Shown: piece after piece, positions 10,990 through 20,183 of the stretch | Position numbering within the stretch: the stretch's first letter is position 1 | Layout of the letters: each line of letters starts with the position of its first letter | Assembly: GCA_963803805.1 (NCBI GenBank) | Contig: CAWDOD010000003.1 | Coordinates: 448,001-512,000 of the forward strand | DNA: 64,000 nt | Origin: an uncultured cyanobacterium | Lineage (GTDB): Bacteria; Cyanobacteriota; Cyanobacteriia; Cyanobacteriales; CAWCAG01 | Reading direction: 5' to 3' | Position numbers and translations under genes: made by a program | Notes under the pieces: generated by a model | Told to the model about the DNA's origin: nothing | Seen by the model: the letters and a program-made list of their open reading frames with translations, nothing else | Database searches by the model: none

Positions 10990-11964
10990 TTACTTAGCAT
11001 CCCTTTGAATTTCAGCAAAAATCTCTTCTAGGATTTCTTGGGCCCCTTGTCCCCGTAAAGCTTGGGCTAACTGTTTACCTAAGTTTTCGGCTTCTTGGAT
11101 ATTACCGCTAACGGAATCTTTAACTAAGCGTTTACCATCCAAACTAGCTACTAAACCAATTAAAGTTAAAGTATCTCCGGCAATGGAACTATTAACACCG
11201 ATGGGTACTTGACAACCCCCTTCTAATTCCCTTAAAAAAGACCTTTCTGCTAAAGCTCTCTGGTTGGTTGGTTGATGTTCAATTGCTTGCAAAAGTTGGA
11301 GAATTTCTGTGTCTCCTTCCCGACATTCAATGCCTAAAGCACCTTGCCCTACGGCATGGAGGGAAATTTCTGGGGGAATGGATTGGTGAATGCGCTCCCC
11401 CATACCTAAGCGTTGCAAACCAGCTACAGCGAGAATAATCGCATCGTATTCTCCTGCGTCTAATTTGGCTAATCTGGTGTTTAAGTTACCACGAATATCT
11501 TTAAAGACTAAATGGGGAAAATGATATTTTAATTGAGCCAATCTCCGCAAAGAAGATGTCCCTATTACAGTGCCTTCCGGTAAAGTTTCTAGCTGCTTAT
11601 CTTTGTGCTGCTCCGCCACTACCAAAGCATCAGCAGGATCAACTCTTTCGGTCACACAACCCAACATTAAGCCTTCAGGCAAGTTGGTAGGCAAATCCTT
11701 AAGGGAATGAACCGCTAAATCTGCACTGCCATTAAGGATACCCACTTCCAATTCTTTGGTAAATAGGCCCTTATCCCCAATCTTAGAAAGAGCCACATCA
11801 AGGATTTTATCTCCTTGAGTACTCATTGTCTGAACTTCAAACTGAATATCAGGAAAGCTTTTTTGTAATTGTTCTTGTATCCAGTGAGTTTGAATCAAAG
11901 CTAACTGGCTTTTGCGGGAAGCGATGCGAACTGTACGAGGTGGGCTAGAAACTGAGGAGGTCAT
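10990..11964 (-). CDS. hemC: Hydroxymethylbilane synthase
   Basis: [42 protein letters not shown]. Confidence 0.97.
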   Translation of the reverse strand: MTSSVSSPPRTVRIASRKSQLALIQTHWIQEQLQKSFPDIQFEVQTMSTQGDKILDVALSKIGDKGLFTKELEVGILNGSADLAVHSLKDLPTNLPEGLMLGCVTERVDPADALVVAEQHKDKQLETLPEGTVIGTSSLRRLAQLKYHFPHLVFKDIRGNLNTRLAKLDAGEYDAIILAVAGLQRLGMGERIHQSIPPEISLHAVGQGALGIECREGDTEILQLLQAIEHQPTNQRALAERSFLRELEGGCQVPIGVNSSIAGDTLTLIGLVASLDGKRLVKDSVSGNIQEAENLGKQLAQALRGQGAQEILEEIFAEIQRDAK

Positions 11965-12187
11965 ATTTTTAAGTTATTTCAAATAGAGTTTTATTTAAGC
12001 GGATCTATAACAGAGTACCGTAGCAGCTTACCTATATTTCTTGAGAATTCTTCCTTCTTTACATCCGGTAATAATTTATATGAGAAAAACAGAGTTATGT
12101 TGCCATCACAACTCCTGACTCTCAATACTTTAAATCATTGTGCGATCGCCAGAAGTATACTCTTCGAGGCAGCTAAAAAAAACTTGA

Positions 12188-13453
12188 TTATTCATGGCAT
12201 TTCTTTCCTACTTCCTCTAACCTTTGCTGTGCCAGATATAACCATTCATCTTCGTCAGCGTTTAAACGAGAACCCAATTGACAACATTTTTGCCATTCTG
12301 AGATTGCCCCTTTTTCTTTTTGCTTATCCAAAACCTGTGCTAATAAACAATTTGCTGCACCAGGGTTAGGGATATATTGGGCAGCCTTTTTACGCTTGGC
12401 AATACCAATAGCAGCTTGTAGATGTTGCTTGGCTTCTTTGTTTCTACCTTGCTTTAACCTTACCCAACCTAAGTTTTTAAAAACACTGTATCTTATTTCT
12501 AAAACACTATCTTGCTCTTGTGCAAGTTCAAGTCCCTTGGATAACAAAGCCACTGCTTGAGGATACTTTTTTTCCTTGATGTACAAACGCCCTAAGTTAT
12601 TAAAAGCATCGGGAATATCTCCCCCAAGGGCAATTTGATAATTTTTTTTCGCCTTATCAAACTGCTGCAATTCTTCGTAGAGGTTCCCCAAGTTATAATA
12701 AGCATCAGCATTATCTGCATTTAAAGAAGTTGCTTTTTGCCAATCCTGTTCGGCTGAACCCAACTTCCCGGCATCGTAATTCTTTAAACCACTACGGTTA
12801 TAAAAGTTAGAAAAGGCAGGCAGAGAAAACCATAGAGTAGCTATTAATCCTGATACAGCTAAAGTAGAAACTAATTTAACTTCTTCGCGCCAGTGGGGGG
12901 CAACTCTAAATTTAGTGAGGAGACTATCAAAACCCTCTTGCCCAGTTTGAGTTAGTTCGCTGCTAGCTTGGAGTAAAGTGATTAGACTAGGTAAAGTAAC
13001 TGCGGCTGCGCCGAGAAATCCTACCCCGCCGCTAAAAAATCGTGTCGCTAAACTTGCCAGAAGGCTAATGTTAGCTGTCCAACTGGCTAAAGTTAAGATT
13101 TTCCACAAGCTATCCAAACGATCCCAAGGATGGGGAGGTACAATGGTTTCTAATTTCCACCACCAAGCCTCTGGGGCAGGATGAACACTTTCTCGCCACT
13201 GGGTTAATTGTTCTGGTTTAATAGTTTTGATAATTTCTGCTGCTTTTTGCCGCAGTATTTCATCTAATTGAATAATTTGATTTAACTTACTAGTGGGTAA
13301 CTGCTCTTCCTTTTTTAAAGCGATTTGTACAGCATCTCTGGTATTGAGAATAGCTAAAATCTCTTCCGTACTCAATACTGATTTTGACTGTTTCAGTTTC
13401 TCAATTGCTTTTTGGTAGCGTTCAAGGGTAGCAGTTAGCTTAGAAGTAGTCAT
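12188..13453 (-). CDS. Membrane-anchored tetratricopeptide-repeat protein
   Basis: Helical N-terminus ending EAWWWKL, 2-3 hydrophobic segments, C-terminal TPRs (AYYNLGNLY, AFNNLGRLY, FKNLGWV). Confidence 0.8.
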   Translation of the reverse strand: MTTSKLTATLERYQKAIEKLKQSKSVLSTEEILAILNTRDAVQIALKKEEQLPTSKLNQIIQLDEILRQKAAEIIKTIKPEQLTQWRESVHPAPEAWWWKLETIVPPHPWDRLDSLWKILTLASWTANISLLASLATRFFSGGVGFLGAAAVTLPSLITLLQASSELTQTGQEGFDSLLTKFRVAPHWREEVKLVSTLAVSGLIATLWFSLPAFSNFYNRSGLKNYDAGKLGSAEQDWQKATSLNADNADAYYNLGNLYEELQQFDKAKKNYQIALGGDIPDAFNNLGRLYIKEKKYPQAVALLSKGLELAQEQDSVLEIRYSVFKNLGWVRLKQGRNKEAKQHLQAAIGIAKRKKAAQYIPNPGAANCLLAQVLDKQKEKGAISEWQKCCQLGSRLNADEDEWLYLAQQRLEEVGKKCHE

Positions 13454-13608
13454 TTTTCTAGGTTTGACCTAAGAGTATTAGAAGAGAAAATCTTTTACAC
13501 ATCCCCCCCACAGAATAAATTCTGGGGCTAGTAGCTAAAGTTATCTTACATCTTTGCCTTGTGAAGAGTTGAGTTTCGCTTCATTCAAACGCAACTTTAT
13601 ATCTCAAT

Positions 13609-13833
13609 TTATTCACCGTTTTCTTCTGTAATTTGCATTTCTTCTTCTGCTTGAACTAATTCCTTAAAAGAGCATCCGCAAGCATCCATGAGTTTCTTTA
13701 TACTAGAAGGAGTCATTCTAGGTACATTTTTAAGCTGATCCCAATTTCTAACAGTGGAAACAGCCACACCAAGTTCAACAGCAATTTCCTCAGCGCGTTT
13801 CCCACTTCTTTGACGTAACTGTTTCATGTTCAT
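13609..13833 (-). CDS. XRE/Cro-family HTH regulator
   Basis: LRQRSGKRAEEIAVELGVAVSTVRNWD HTH. Confidence 0.82.
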   Translation of the reverse strand: MNMKQLRQRSGKRAEEIAVELGVAVSTVRNWDQLKNVPRMTPSSIKKLMDACGCSFKELVQAEEEMQITEENGE

Positions 13834-13855
13834 TCCAATAGATTACACCAATATG

Positions 13856-13909
13856 CTGGTATAACTAGTTATACCAGTTACTTGACTAGTACTAATTAGT
13901 TAGTAAAAT
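13856..13909. promoter_or_regulatory. Perfect 22-bp palindrome (putative operator) plus sigma70-like promoter on the + strand
   Basis: CTGGTATAACTAGTTATACCAG at 13856-13877; TTGACT (13882)-N16-TAAAAT (13904). Confidence 0.55.
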
Positions 13910-13950
13910 AATGATGAACAAGTTATGAAACTTACCGAAACAAGAAAATC

Positions 13951-14151
13951 ATGACTCTAGAAAAATATCGACTCGCCTAGAAGCCTTGGATTATTATCGT
14001 CCAGTCTGTTGGGAAAATTCCCTTAATCCACCGTCGCTTCCGCACCTTAGAAGAAGCAACAGAAGCGATTTTGCCCACTCAAAGACAACTCCCCTCTTTC
14101 AAAGTCTGTGTGGGATACGACCAAACTATTAGCAAAAGAATTGCTAAGTAG
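13951..14151 (+). pseudogene. Small cyanobacterial protein gene interrupted by TAG at codon 10 (not in ORF track)
   Basis: MTLEKYRLA*KPWIIIVQSVGKIPLIHRRFRTLEEATEAILPTQRQLPSFKVCVGYDQTISKRIAK*; resembles a small PW...RFR...A protein family recalled from cyanobacteria. Confidence 0.55.
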
Positions 14152-14228
14152 CGGTTATTTTGAGTGTCAAAAGCAATAGCGATATCTTAGTAGTTAGCAT
14201 AACTAAGGTATAACTTGAGAAAGTCACT

Positions 14229-14465
14229 ATGAAAACAGCAATTTTCCTTCCAGATTCAGTTTTTGAAAAAGCAGAAGCATTAGCCAAACAGTTAGGATTG
14301 TCCCGAAGTGAGCTTTACACACAAGCGTTACAAGCTTATTTAAAAAAGTATAATCGCAATCAAATTCTGCATAAGCTTAACCAGGTTTACTCAAATGAAT
14401 CTTCTGAGTTAGATCCGGTGATAGCAAAAATACAATTTATGTCTTTGCCCCGTGAGGATTGGTAA
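14229..14465 (+). CDS. RHH antitoxin (ChpI/CopG-like)
   Basis: MKTAIFLPDSVFEKAEALAKQLGLSRSELY; overlaps the toxin start. Confidence 0.82.
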   Translation: MKTAIFLPDSVFEKAEALAKQLGLSRSELYTQALQAYLKKYNRNQILHKLNQVYSNESSELDPVIAKIQFMSLPREDW

Positions 14466-14803
14466 TGTATAGGGGAGAGATTTGGTGGGCTAATTTACCT
14501 GATCCAGTAGGTTCAGAACCTGGATATCGTCGCCCGGTTTTGATAATTCAAGACGATATTTTTACTTTATCTCGTATTAATACAGTCATTGTTGCCGTTA
14601 TCACCTCAAACACTAAGTTAGCAGAAGCACCAGGTAATGTACTTTTAGCCCAAGAAGCATCAGGCTTGCCCAGAGATTCAGTGGTTAATGTCTCTCAAAT
14701 TTTCACAGTAGATAAAGCATTTCTAGTGGAACGTATTAGTTCACTACCAGACTATTTACAAGAAGAAGTAGATGAAGGATTACGGCTAGTTTTGTATCTT
14801 TAG
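14459..14803 (+). CDS. mazF: PemK/MazF-family endoribonuclease toxin
   Basis: RGEIWWANL, GSEPGYRRPVLIIQ, ITSN, SGLPRDSVVNVSQI. Confidence 0.9.
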   Translation: MVMYRGEIWWANLPDPVGSEPGYRRPVLIIQDDIFTLSRINTVIVAVITSNTKLAEAPGNVLLAQEASGLPRDSVVNVSQIFTVDKAFLVERISSLPDYLQEEVDEGLRLVLYL

Positions 14804-14826
14804 TGTGATCGCACTTTAATTAATAA

Positions 14827-14851
14827 GTAGGGTGGGCAATGCCCACCTTAC
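14827..14851. repeat. GTAG REP-like palindrome / bidirectional terminator
   Basis: GTAGGGTGGGCAATGCCCACCTTAC between convergent genes. Confidence 0.72.
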
Positions 14852-14866
14852 TCACCTCAACCCTTA

Positions 14867-17800
14867 TTACCTATCAAGAGGCCGCCAATCCCCAGAAGGG
14901 ATAAAAGCAGCCCAGTAATAAGGATGGTTGTATTTTTCGCTGTTGAGCATTTCTAGTTGTGTTTGTCGCAGGGCTTCGCTTCTACCTTCATTAGCAAGAA
15001 GTTTATCGTAGTAGGCGATCATTAAATCCTTGGTGGCATCATCTGCTACTTTCCACAAACTAATGACCTGACTTTCTGCCCCGGCTATAACTAAGGCGCG
15101 ACGTAAGCCGTAGATACCTTCTCCGGCGCTAACACTTCCTGTACCTGTATCGCAGGCGGAGAGGACGACTAGTTTTGTACCTACTAAATCTAGGAGGGTA
15201 GTTTCTTGAGCGGTGAGGATACCATCTTCTTGAGTGCCACTATCGCTGACTTTGAAGCCTGCTAAGACTAAGCCGGAAAGGAGGAGGGGATTGTCTTGGA
15301 TGGTGGTTTGATTTTCTGGGCTACGCTTAGGGTTTTCAAAAAAGCCGTGGGTGGCGATGTGGAGAATGCTAGGGCTGTTAACCTGTTTGACTCTTTCTTC
15401 TGTTGCTTGGGTATCGGTTAAGGCTGTTACTCCCAATTTTATGGCAATGGCTTCTGCTTCATCTTTCGTACCTTCTAAGCGAGTTGTGAGTCGATTGGAA
15501 AGATTGAAGGTGCGGGTGTTTGTTTCTAGTGCGATCGCTTCACCAGGATTATTGAAGTTAGGATCACCCATGATGATGGGTTGTTGTTGGCTGGGGGATT
15601 GGTTTTGTAGCCGTAGTAAGTCTCTGCCGGAGGTGAGGTAGGTGAAGGAATAGTTTTCTACCAGGTATTGGTTATTTTCGTCTACTAGGGCTTCAAAGGG
15701 GACGAGGTTGAGTTGGCTGTCGGGGGAGATGAGGATGTTGCGGGTGTTGCCTAGGTGTTTTCTAATGGGTTCGGTGATGAGGGTGTCTAATTCGCGGGCT
15801 GCTTGTTTTACTTCTTTGATCGGGGTTAAGTAAGGGTATGTACTTAAGGTACGGCGGAAGTCTCCTACAGCAGAGTCAATTTTTAGGGCTGTATCGAGAT
15901 CAATGCCGATGGGTTTTCCTTGGGAGGGGAGGATGTAGGCTGCGTAGCGAGGTTCTTCCCATTGTCTAGTTTTAGGGTTGTAAGGTCGATATTTTATCAA
16001 TTCCATCAATGCAGCATCAGCAGCAATAAGTTTCTGGATAGATTCTATATTGGCGCTTTGAAATCCTTGGCGAAACTCTTGACTGCGGCTACTGAGTTCT
16101 CTTTCTAGTTGTTTGGCTTGTTGATCTAGTTCAGCAACCCTAGCACGGTATTGTTCTAGGGGTAGTTTTTCTGGTTGATTGTGGATTAAGTTAGCGAGTT
16201 GGCTGTAGGTTGTGGTTAGTTCATTAAGGAGTTGCTGATTTTCTGGTTCTAAGCGTTGGCGGAGGATTTGTAGGCTGTTGGTAAAGAAATCTAGGATGCG
16301 ACCTTTACGTTGTAGGATGCTAGTTAGAGCTAGGTTGGCTGCTTGGGAATTGTTTGGTGCAGTATTTAGGTGAAAGGAAAGGCTTAAATTAGCAGTGTCA
16401 GCAATTTCTCGTTTTTTCAAATAGTCACGTTTTTGGCGCTCGAACCCATTAAAAAGATTATGGACTAAGTTATATTCTTCACTTTCAAGCACTTGTGTAA
16501 AGTATTCAATAGATGAAGAAGTATTGTCTTCTCCCCAATAAGACAATGCCAAATTACTCAGGCTAGTAATCATATCAGGATGCTCCTCCCCCAAGAGATG
16601 TTTTCTAATCTCCAAAGCTTGGAGATGATAAGTTTTCGCTTCTGCATACCTCCCTTGACTGTCATATAATACTCCCAAATTATTAAGGCTGATCGCTACA
16701 TCAAGATGCTCTTCTCCTAAGATACGTTTTCTCATTTCCAGAGCTTGGAGATGATAAGTTTCTGCTTCTGCATACTTCTCCTGATTTCTGTACAGACCTC
16801 CCAAATTATTAAGGGTAGTAGCTACATCAAGATGTTCCTCTCCTAAGAGGCGTTTTCTCATCTCTAAAGCTTGGAGGTAGTATTTTTCTGCTTTTTGATA
16901 CTCATTTTGGTCATCGTACAGAAAAGCCACATTATGGAGACTACTAGCTACCTCAGGATGCTCCTCTCCTAAGACACGTTTTCTCATTTCCAGAGCTTGG
17001 AGATGATAAGTGTCTGCTTCTGGATATCTCCCTTGACTGTCATACAGCACTGCCAAGTTACTAAGGCTAATAGCTACCTCAGGATGCTCTTCCCCCAAGA
17101 GACTCTTTCTCATCTCCAAAGCTTGAAGGTAGTATTTTTCTGCTTCTACATATTTCCCTTGAATGTAATATAGAAAAGCCAAGTTATTGAGGTTAGTAGC
17201 TATATCAGGATGTTCCTCTCCCAAAAAACTCTTTCTCATCTCCAAAGCTTGGAGGTAGTATTTTTCTGCTTCTTCATACCTCCCTTGATCATCGTAAACT
17301 ACTGCCAAATTATTAAGAGTAGTGGCTAAATCAGGATGCCCCTGTTTGAAGAGGCGTTTTCTCATTTCCAAAGCCTGGAGGTAGTATCTTTCTGCTTCTC
17401 CATAACTTCCTCGACTATCGTACAATACTCCCAAATTATTAAGATTAGTGGCTATATCAGGATGTTCCTCTCCCAAGAGACGTTTTCTCATTTCCAAAGC
17501 TTGGAGATAGTATTTTTCTGCTTCTTCATACCTCCCTTGATTTTTGTATAATGCTGCCAAATTATGAATACTAGCAGCTACATCAGGATGCTCCCCTCCC
17601 AAGAGACGTTTTCTCATTTCCAAAGCTTGGAGATAGTATTTTTCTGCTTCTGCATATTCCCCTTTACTGTCATGCAGCCCTGCTAAATTATTCAGGCTAG
17701 CAGCTAAATCAGGATGCCCCTGTCTGAATAAACGTTTTCTCATTTCCAAGGCTTGGAAGTAGTATCTTTCTGCTTCTCCATAACTTCCTTGAAAGTGGTG

Positions 17801-18007
17801 CATAGCTCCCAAATTATTGAGACTAGTAGCTACATCGGGATGCTCCTCTCCCAAGATTCTTTTACGAATAGCTAAAGCTTTTTCTGCTAAGGAAATTGCT
17901 TCATTGTATTTTCCTTCTTGATAAAGTTGAATTAGCTGTTGATTAAGCCTTTCTGCTTCTGCAAGTTCATTACCTTGAGCTACCAAAACATTAGAATCTT
18001 CCTGTCC
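14867..18007 (-). CDS. TPR-repeat plus CHAT (caspase-like) protein; N-terminus cut by IS982
   Basis: About 11 42-aa TPRs (HPDVATSLNNL); CHAT dyad ILHIATHG and VLSACDTG; HPYYWAAF end; frame open up to the IS boundary. Confidence 0.88.
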   Translation of the reverse strand, partial: GQEDSNVLVAQGNELAEAERLNQQLIQLYQEGKYNEAISLAEKALAIRKRILGEEHPDVATSLNNLGAMHHFQGSYGEAERYYFQALEMRKRLFRQGHPDLAASLNNLAGLHDSKGEYAEAEKYYLQALEMRKRLLGGEHPDVAASIHNLAALYKNQGRYEEAEKYYLQALEMRKRLLGEEHPDIATNLNNLGVLYDSRGSYGEAERYYLQALEMRKRLFKQGHPDLATTLNNLAVVYDDQGRYEEAEKYYLQALEMRKSFLGEEHPDIATNLNNLAFLYYIQGKYVEAEKYYLQALEMRKSLLGEEHPEVAISLSNLAVLYDSQGRYPEADTYHLQALEMRKRVLGEEHPEVASSLHNVAFLYDDQNEYQKAEKYYLQALEMRKRLLGEEHLDVATTLNNLGGLYRNQEKYAEAETYHLQALEMRKRILGEEHLDVAISLNNLGVLYDSQGRYAEAKTYHLQALEIRKHLLGEEHPDMITSLSNLALSYWGEDNTSSSIEYFTQVLESEEYNLVHNLFNGFERQKRDYLKKREIADTANLSLSFHLNTAPNNSQAANLALTSILQRKGRILDFFTNSLQILRQRLEPENQQLLNELTTTYSQLANLIHNQPEKLPLEQYRARVAELDQQAKQLERELSSRSQEFRQGFQSANIESIQKLIAADAALMELIKYRPYNPKTRQWEEPRYAAYILPSQGKPIGIDLDTALKIDSAVGDFRRTLSTYPYLTPIKEVKQAARELDTLITEPIRKHLGNTRNILISPDSQLNLVPFEALVDENNQYLVENYSFTYLTSGRDLLRLQNQSPSQQQPIIMGDPNFNNPGEAIALETNTRTFNLSNRLTTRLEGTKDEAEAIAIKLGVTALTDTQATEERVKQVNSPSILHIATHGFFENPKRSPENQTTIQDNPLLLSGLVLAGFKVSDSGTQEDGILTAQETTLLDLVGTKLVVLSACDTGTGSVSAGEGIYGLRRALVIAGAESQVISLWKVADDATKDLMIAYYDKLLANEGRSEALRQTQLEMLNSEKYNHPYYWAAFIPSGDWRPLDR
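16540..17900 (-). repeat. 126-bp tandem repeat encoding 42-aa TPR units
   Basis: Recurring TTTTCTCATTTCCAAAGCTTGGAG and TCAGGATGCTCCTCTCC blocks at 126-nt period; boundaries approximate. Confidence 0.85.
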
Positions 18008-19021
18008 AACGTGAGTTCGATGAAGTTAAAAAACAGCAGAAGGAAGTTCAGCTAGGCCTTTGGGGTCAAGGTCAAGGGAAGGCTTTTTGGGCAAGAAAGT
18101 ATAAGCGATTAGACCAGCTAAGAGATTAACCAAAAAATTCCAAACGCTACGGTGTCTTGAATGCTGAATCTGACAGATATTCTTGAGCTGGTCATTAACA
18201 GTCTCAATCAGAGAACGCTTACGTAGGAGAATCTTATCCTGAAGACGCATTAACTTCGGCTTCATATTTTTCTTGCGGTGTGTAATCAGTTGTAGTCTTT
18301 GTTCATAGAGTTTCTCAAACAAATCCTGAGAAATATAACCTCGGTCGCCAAATAACTTACCAATCAAGCCATCAGCCATATCTGGCACAGGGTTACGGTC
18401 ATCAGTATTACCCTCTGTAAGTTTGAAAGCAAGCAGCTCACCTTTGTCATTAATAATTAGATGTAGCTTGAAGCCATAATGCCATCCCATAGCATTTTTG
18501 CCCCAACCTACCAAACCTTCAAAAACACGGTGGCTTTTGGAGCGATTCGGGTGGCAGACCTCAATGGGGGTAGAATCAATAAAGCTGATGCCGGTAATTT
18601 CTCCTCGAAGAGTATGTAGAAAACAGCAAAGAAGCATTAAGCTCCACGGCATTAGCTCTACGAATCGAGTGTAACTGACCAAGTTGGGAAAAGCTTTCTT
18701 CCAGTAAGGCAAGACTTGTAGAGTGTAAAATTCTTTAAAAGTGCGAAATCCCGAACCATGAAAGGCAATGACAATGGTCATCACTTCGCTTAGGCTTAGG
18801 CGGGAGCGACATAGACGCTCTCCACAAGTTGCTGTTAACATTGGCTGTTGTTGCCAATGCCTCTCAAACCTTTGATAAAAGTCATCTACCTGACAGAATA
18901 TTTGGGTGATATCGAGACGAGATACAATATTGGACATAGCATCAGATTCTGATTAAGATTCATTTTCAGCATACCTCTGATGCTTTTCTTTTCTCTCTTT
19001 TTCCTCCGTCGAACTCACGTT
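18008..19021 (-). mobile_element. IS982-family insertion sequence, copy 2 (1014 bp)
   Basis: Same TIRs and identical 303-aa transposase as copy 1. Confidence 0.92.
18026..18937 (-). CDS. IS982 DDE transposase
   Basis: Protein identical to 7205-8116. Confidence 0.93.
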   Translation of the reverse strand: MSNIVSRLDITQIFCQVDDFYQRFERHWQQQPMLTATCGERLCRSRLSLSEVMTIVIAFHGSGFRTFKEFYTLQVLPYWKKAFPNLVSYTRFVELMPWSLMLLCCFLHTLRGEITGISFIDSTPIEVCHPNRSKSHRVFEGLVGWGKNAMGWHYGFKLHLIINDKGELLAFKLTEGNTDDRNPVPDMADGLIGKLFGDRGYISQDLFEKLYEQRLQLITHRKKNMKPKLMRLQDKILLRKRSLIETVNDQLKNICQIQHSRHRSVWNFLVNLLAGLIAYTFLPKKPSLDLDPKGLAELPSAVF

Positions 19022-19056
19022 ATTTCAAGCCCCTGGATTCATCAATAGGGTAACAC

Positions 19057-19079
19057 TTTTGACTTTTGACTTTTGACTT
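19057..19079. repeat. STRR-like heptamer repeat (TTTTGAC)x3
   Basis: TTTTGACTTTTGACTTTTGAC; cyanobacterial short tandemly repeated repetitive sequence type. Confidence 0.65.
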
Positions 19080-19097
19080 CCGCAAAGCGGTTGACCA

Positions 19098-20123
19098 CTA
19101 TTTAATCAAACTATCAAATAATTGTAGGTATTTCTGAGCAATTGTTTGAGCCGTATATTTTTCTAAATGCTTTTGAGCATGAGAACGCAATTGTAAGCGC
19201 TGTTGCTCATCTTCAAGGAGCAACTCAATTAACCTAGCCATTTCCGGTACATCTTTATTCGGAAAAGTTAATCCACAAGGGCCAACTGCCTCTATTAAGC
19301 CACCATTACCTGTGGTGAGAGGAACACAGCCACAGGCAATACCTTCTAGGGCAACAATGCCAAATGGCTCTTTCCAGGTAGAGGGGATAATCATAACTTT
19401 GTGCTGATTCAACACTTCAACAAGCTCTTGTCCCCTGAGTACGCCCACAAAATTAACCTGCTCCGTTAATCCGAACTTCTCCACTTTTTGCCTCAGTTTC
19501 TGCTTTTCTGCCCCATCGCCAATTAAGGTTATTTTATATGTTCGCCCTCGTTGTTTTAAAAGAGCTAAAGCCTCAAGGATAAAACGTACACCCTTATCCC
19601 TAACTAATCGCCCCAAGTAAACTAATTCTGTCTCCCTAACCAGACCAGGAATTTCTCTAAACAACGAAGCCCGGTAGGGATTGCCTAGCACTACACCAGG
19701 ACGTTTCGTTAACTGCTGCATCTCTTCGCATAGATAAACGTGAGTTACAAAACGCTCCAACAGATAGTATTGCATTCTAATTGGTCTACGCATTCCCACA
19801 TAAAAGAGGAAAAATTGATGCAACAACACATAAGGCTTTGATAGGACAAGGGCATAATAGGTCAAAAGTCCTAAGCCAGACCTCATCAAGCCATTATGAA
19901 GACAAACATCACACCACCTGACTGTTTCCCACATCATTTTTCTACTAGGTGTACGGATAACAGTAAAACGACTATCTTGATCAAAATCCTCACCACCTTT
20001 CGTCCGAGTAAGAAGCCGCACCTGATGACCTTGATTAACGAATTCTTCGGCAAGTGCCTGTGCTGTTGTTTCTATACCTCCCAAATTGGGCAGATAAGTT
20101 TGTGACCAGATGAGAATTTTCAT
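19098..20123 (-). CDS. Glycosyltransferase family 4
   Basis: YLPNLGGIET, GRLVRDKG, EPFGIVALEGIACG. Confidence 0.88.
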   Translation of the reverse strand: MKILIWSQTYLPNLGGIETTAQALAEEFVNQGHQVRLLTRTKGGEDFDQDSRFTVIRTPSRKMMWETVRWCDVCLHNGLMRSGLGLLTYYALVLSKPYVLLHQFFLFYVGMRRPIRMQYYLLERFVTHVYLCEEMQQLTKRPGVVLGNPYRASLFREIPGLVRETELVYLGRLVRDKGVRFILEALALLKQRGRTYKITLIGDGAEKQKLRQKVEKFGLTEQVNFVGVLRGQELVEVLNQHKVMIIPSTWKEPFGIVALEGIACGCVPLTTGNGGLIEAVGPCGLTFPNKDVPEMARLIELLLEDEQQRLQLRSHAQKHLEKYTAQTIAQKYLQLFDSLIK

Positions 20124-20183
20124 TTTTGAAGCTAACTAGAAAGAAGTTATTAAACCTCAAAATTAATCAAAAGACTCTACGCT

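Noticed and set aside
16540..17900. Regular repeats that could be mistaken for a CRISPR array
   Set aside because: 126-bp period, in frame, encodes TPR units; no unique spacers or cas genes
7187..19021. Composite transposon
   Set aside because: Cargo includes core genes (ndk, glgA, hemC) and there is no outer target duplication
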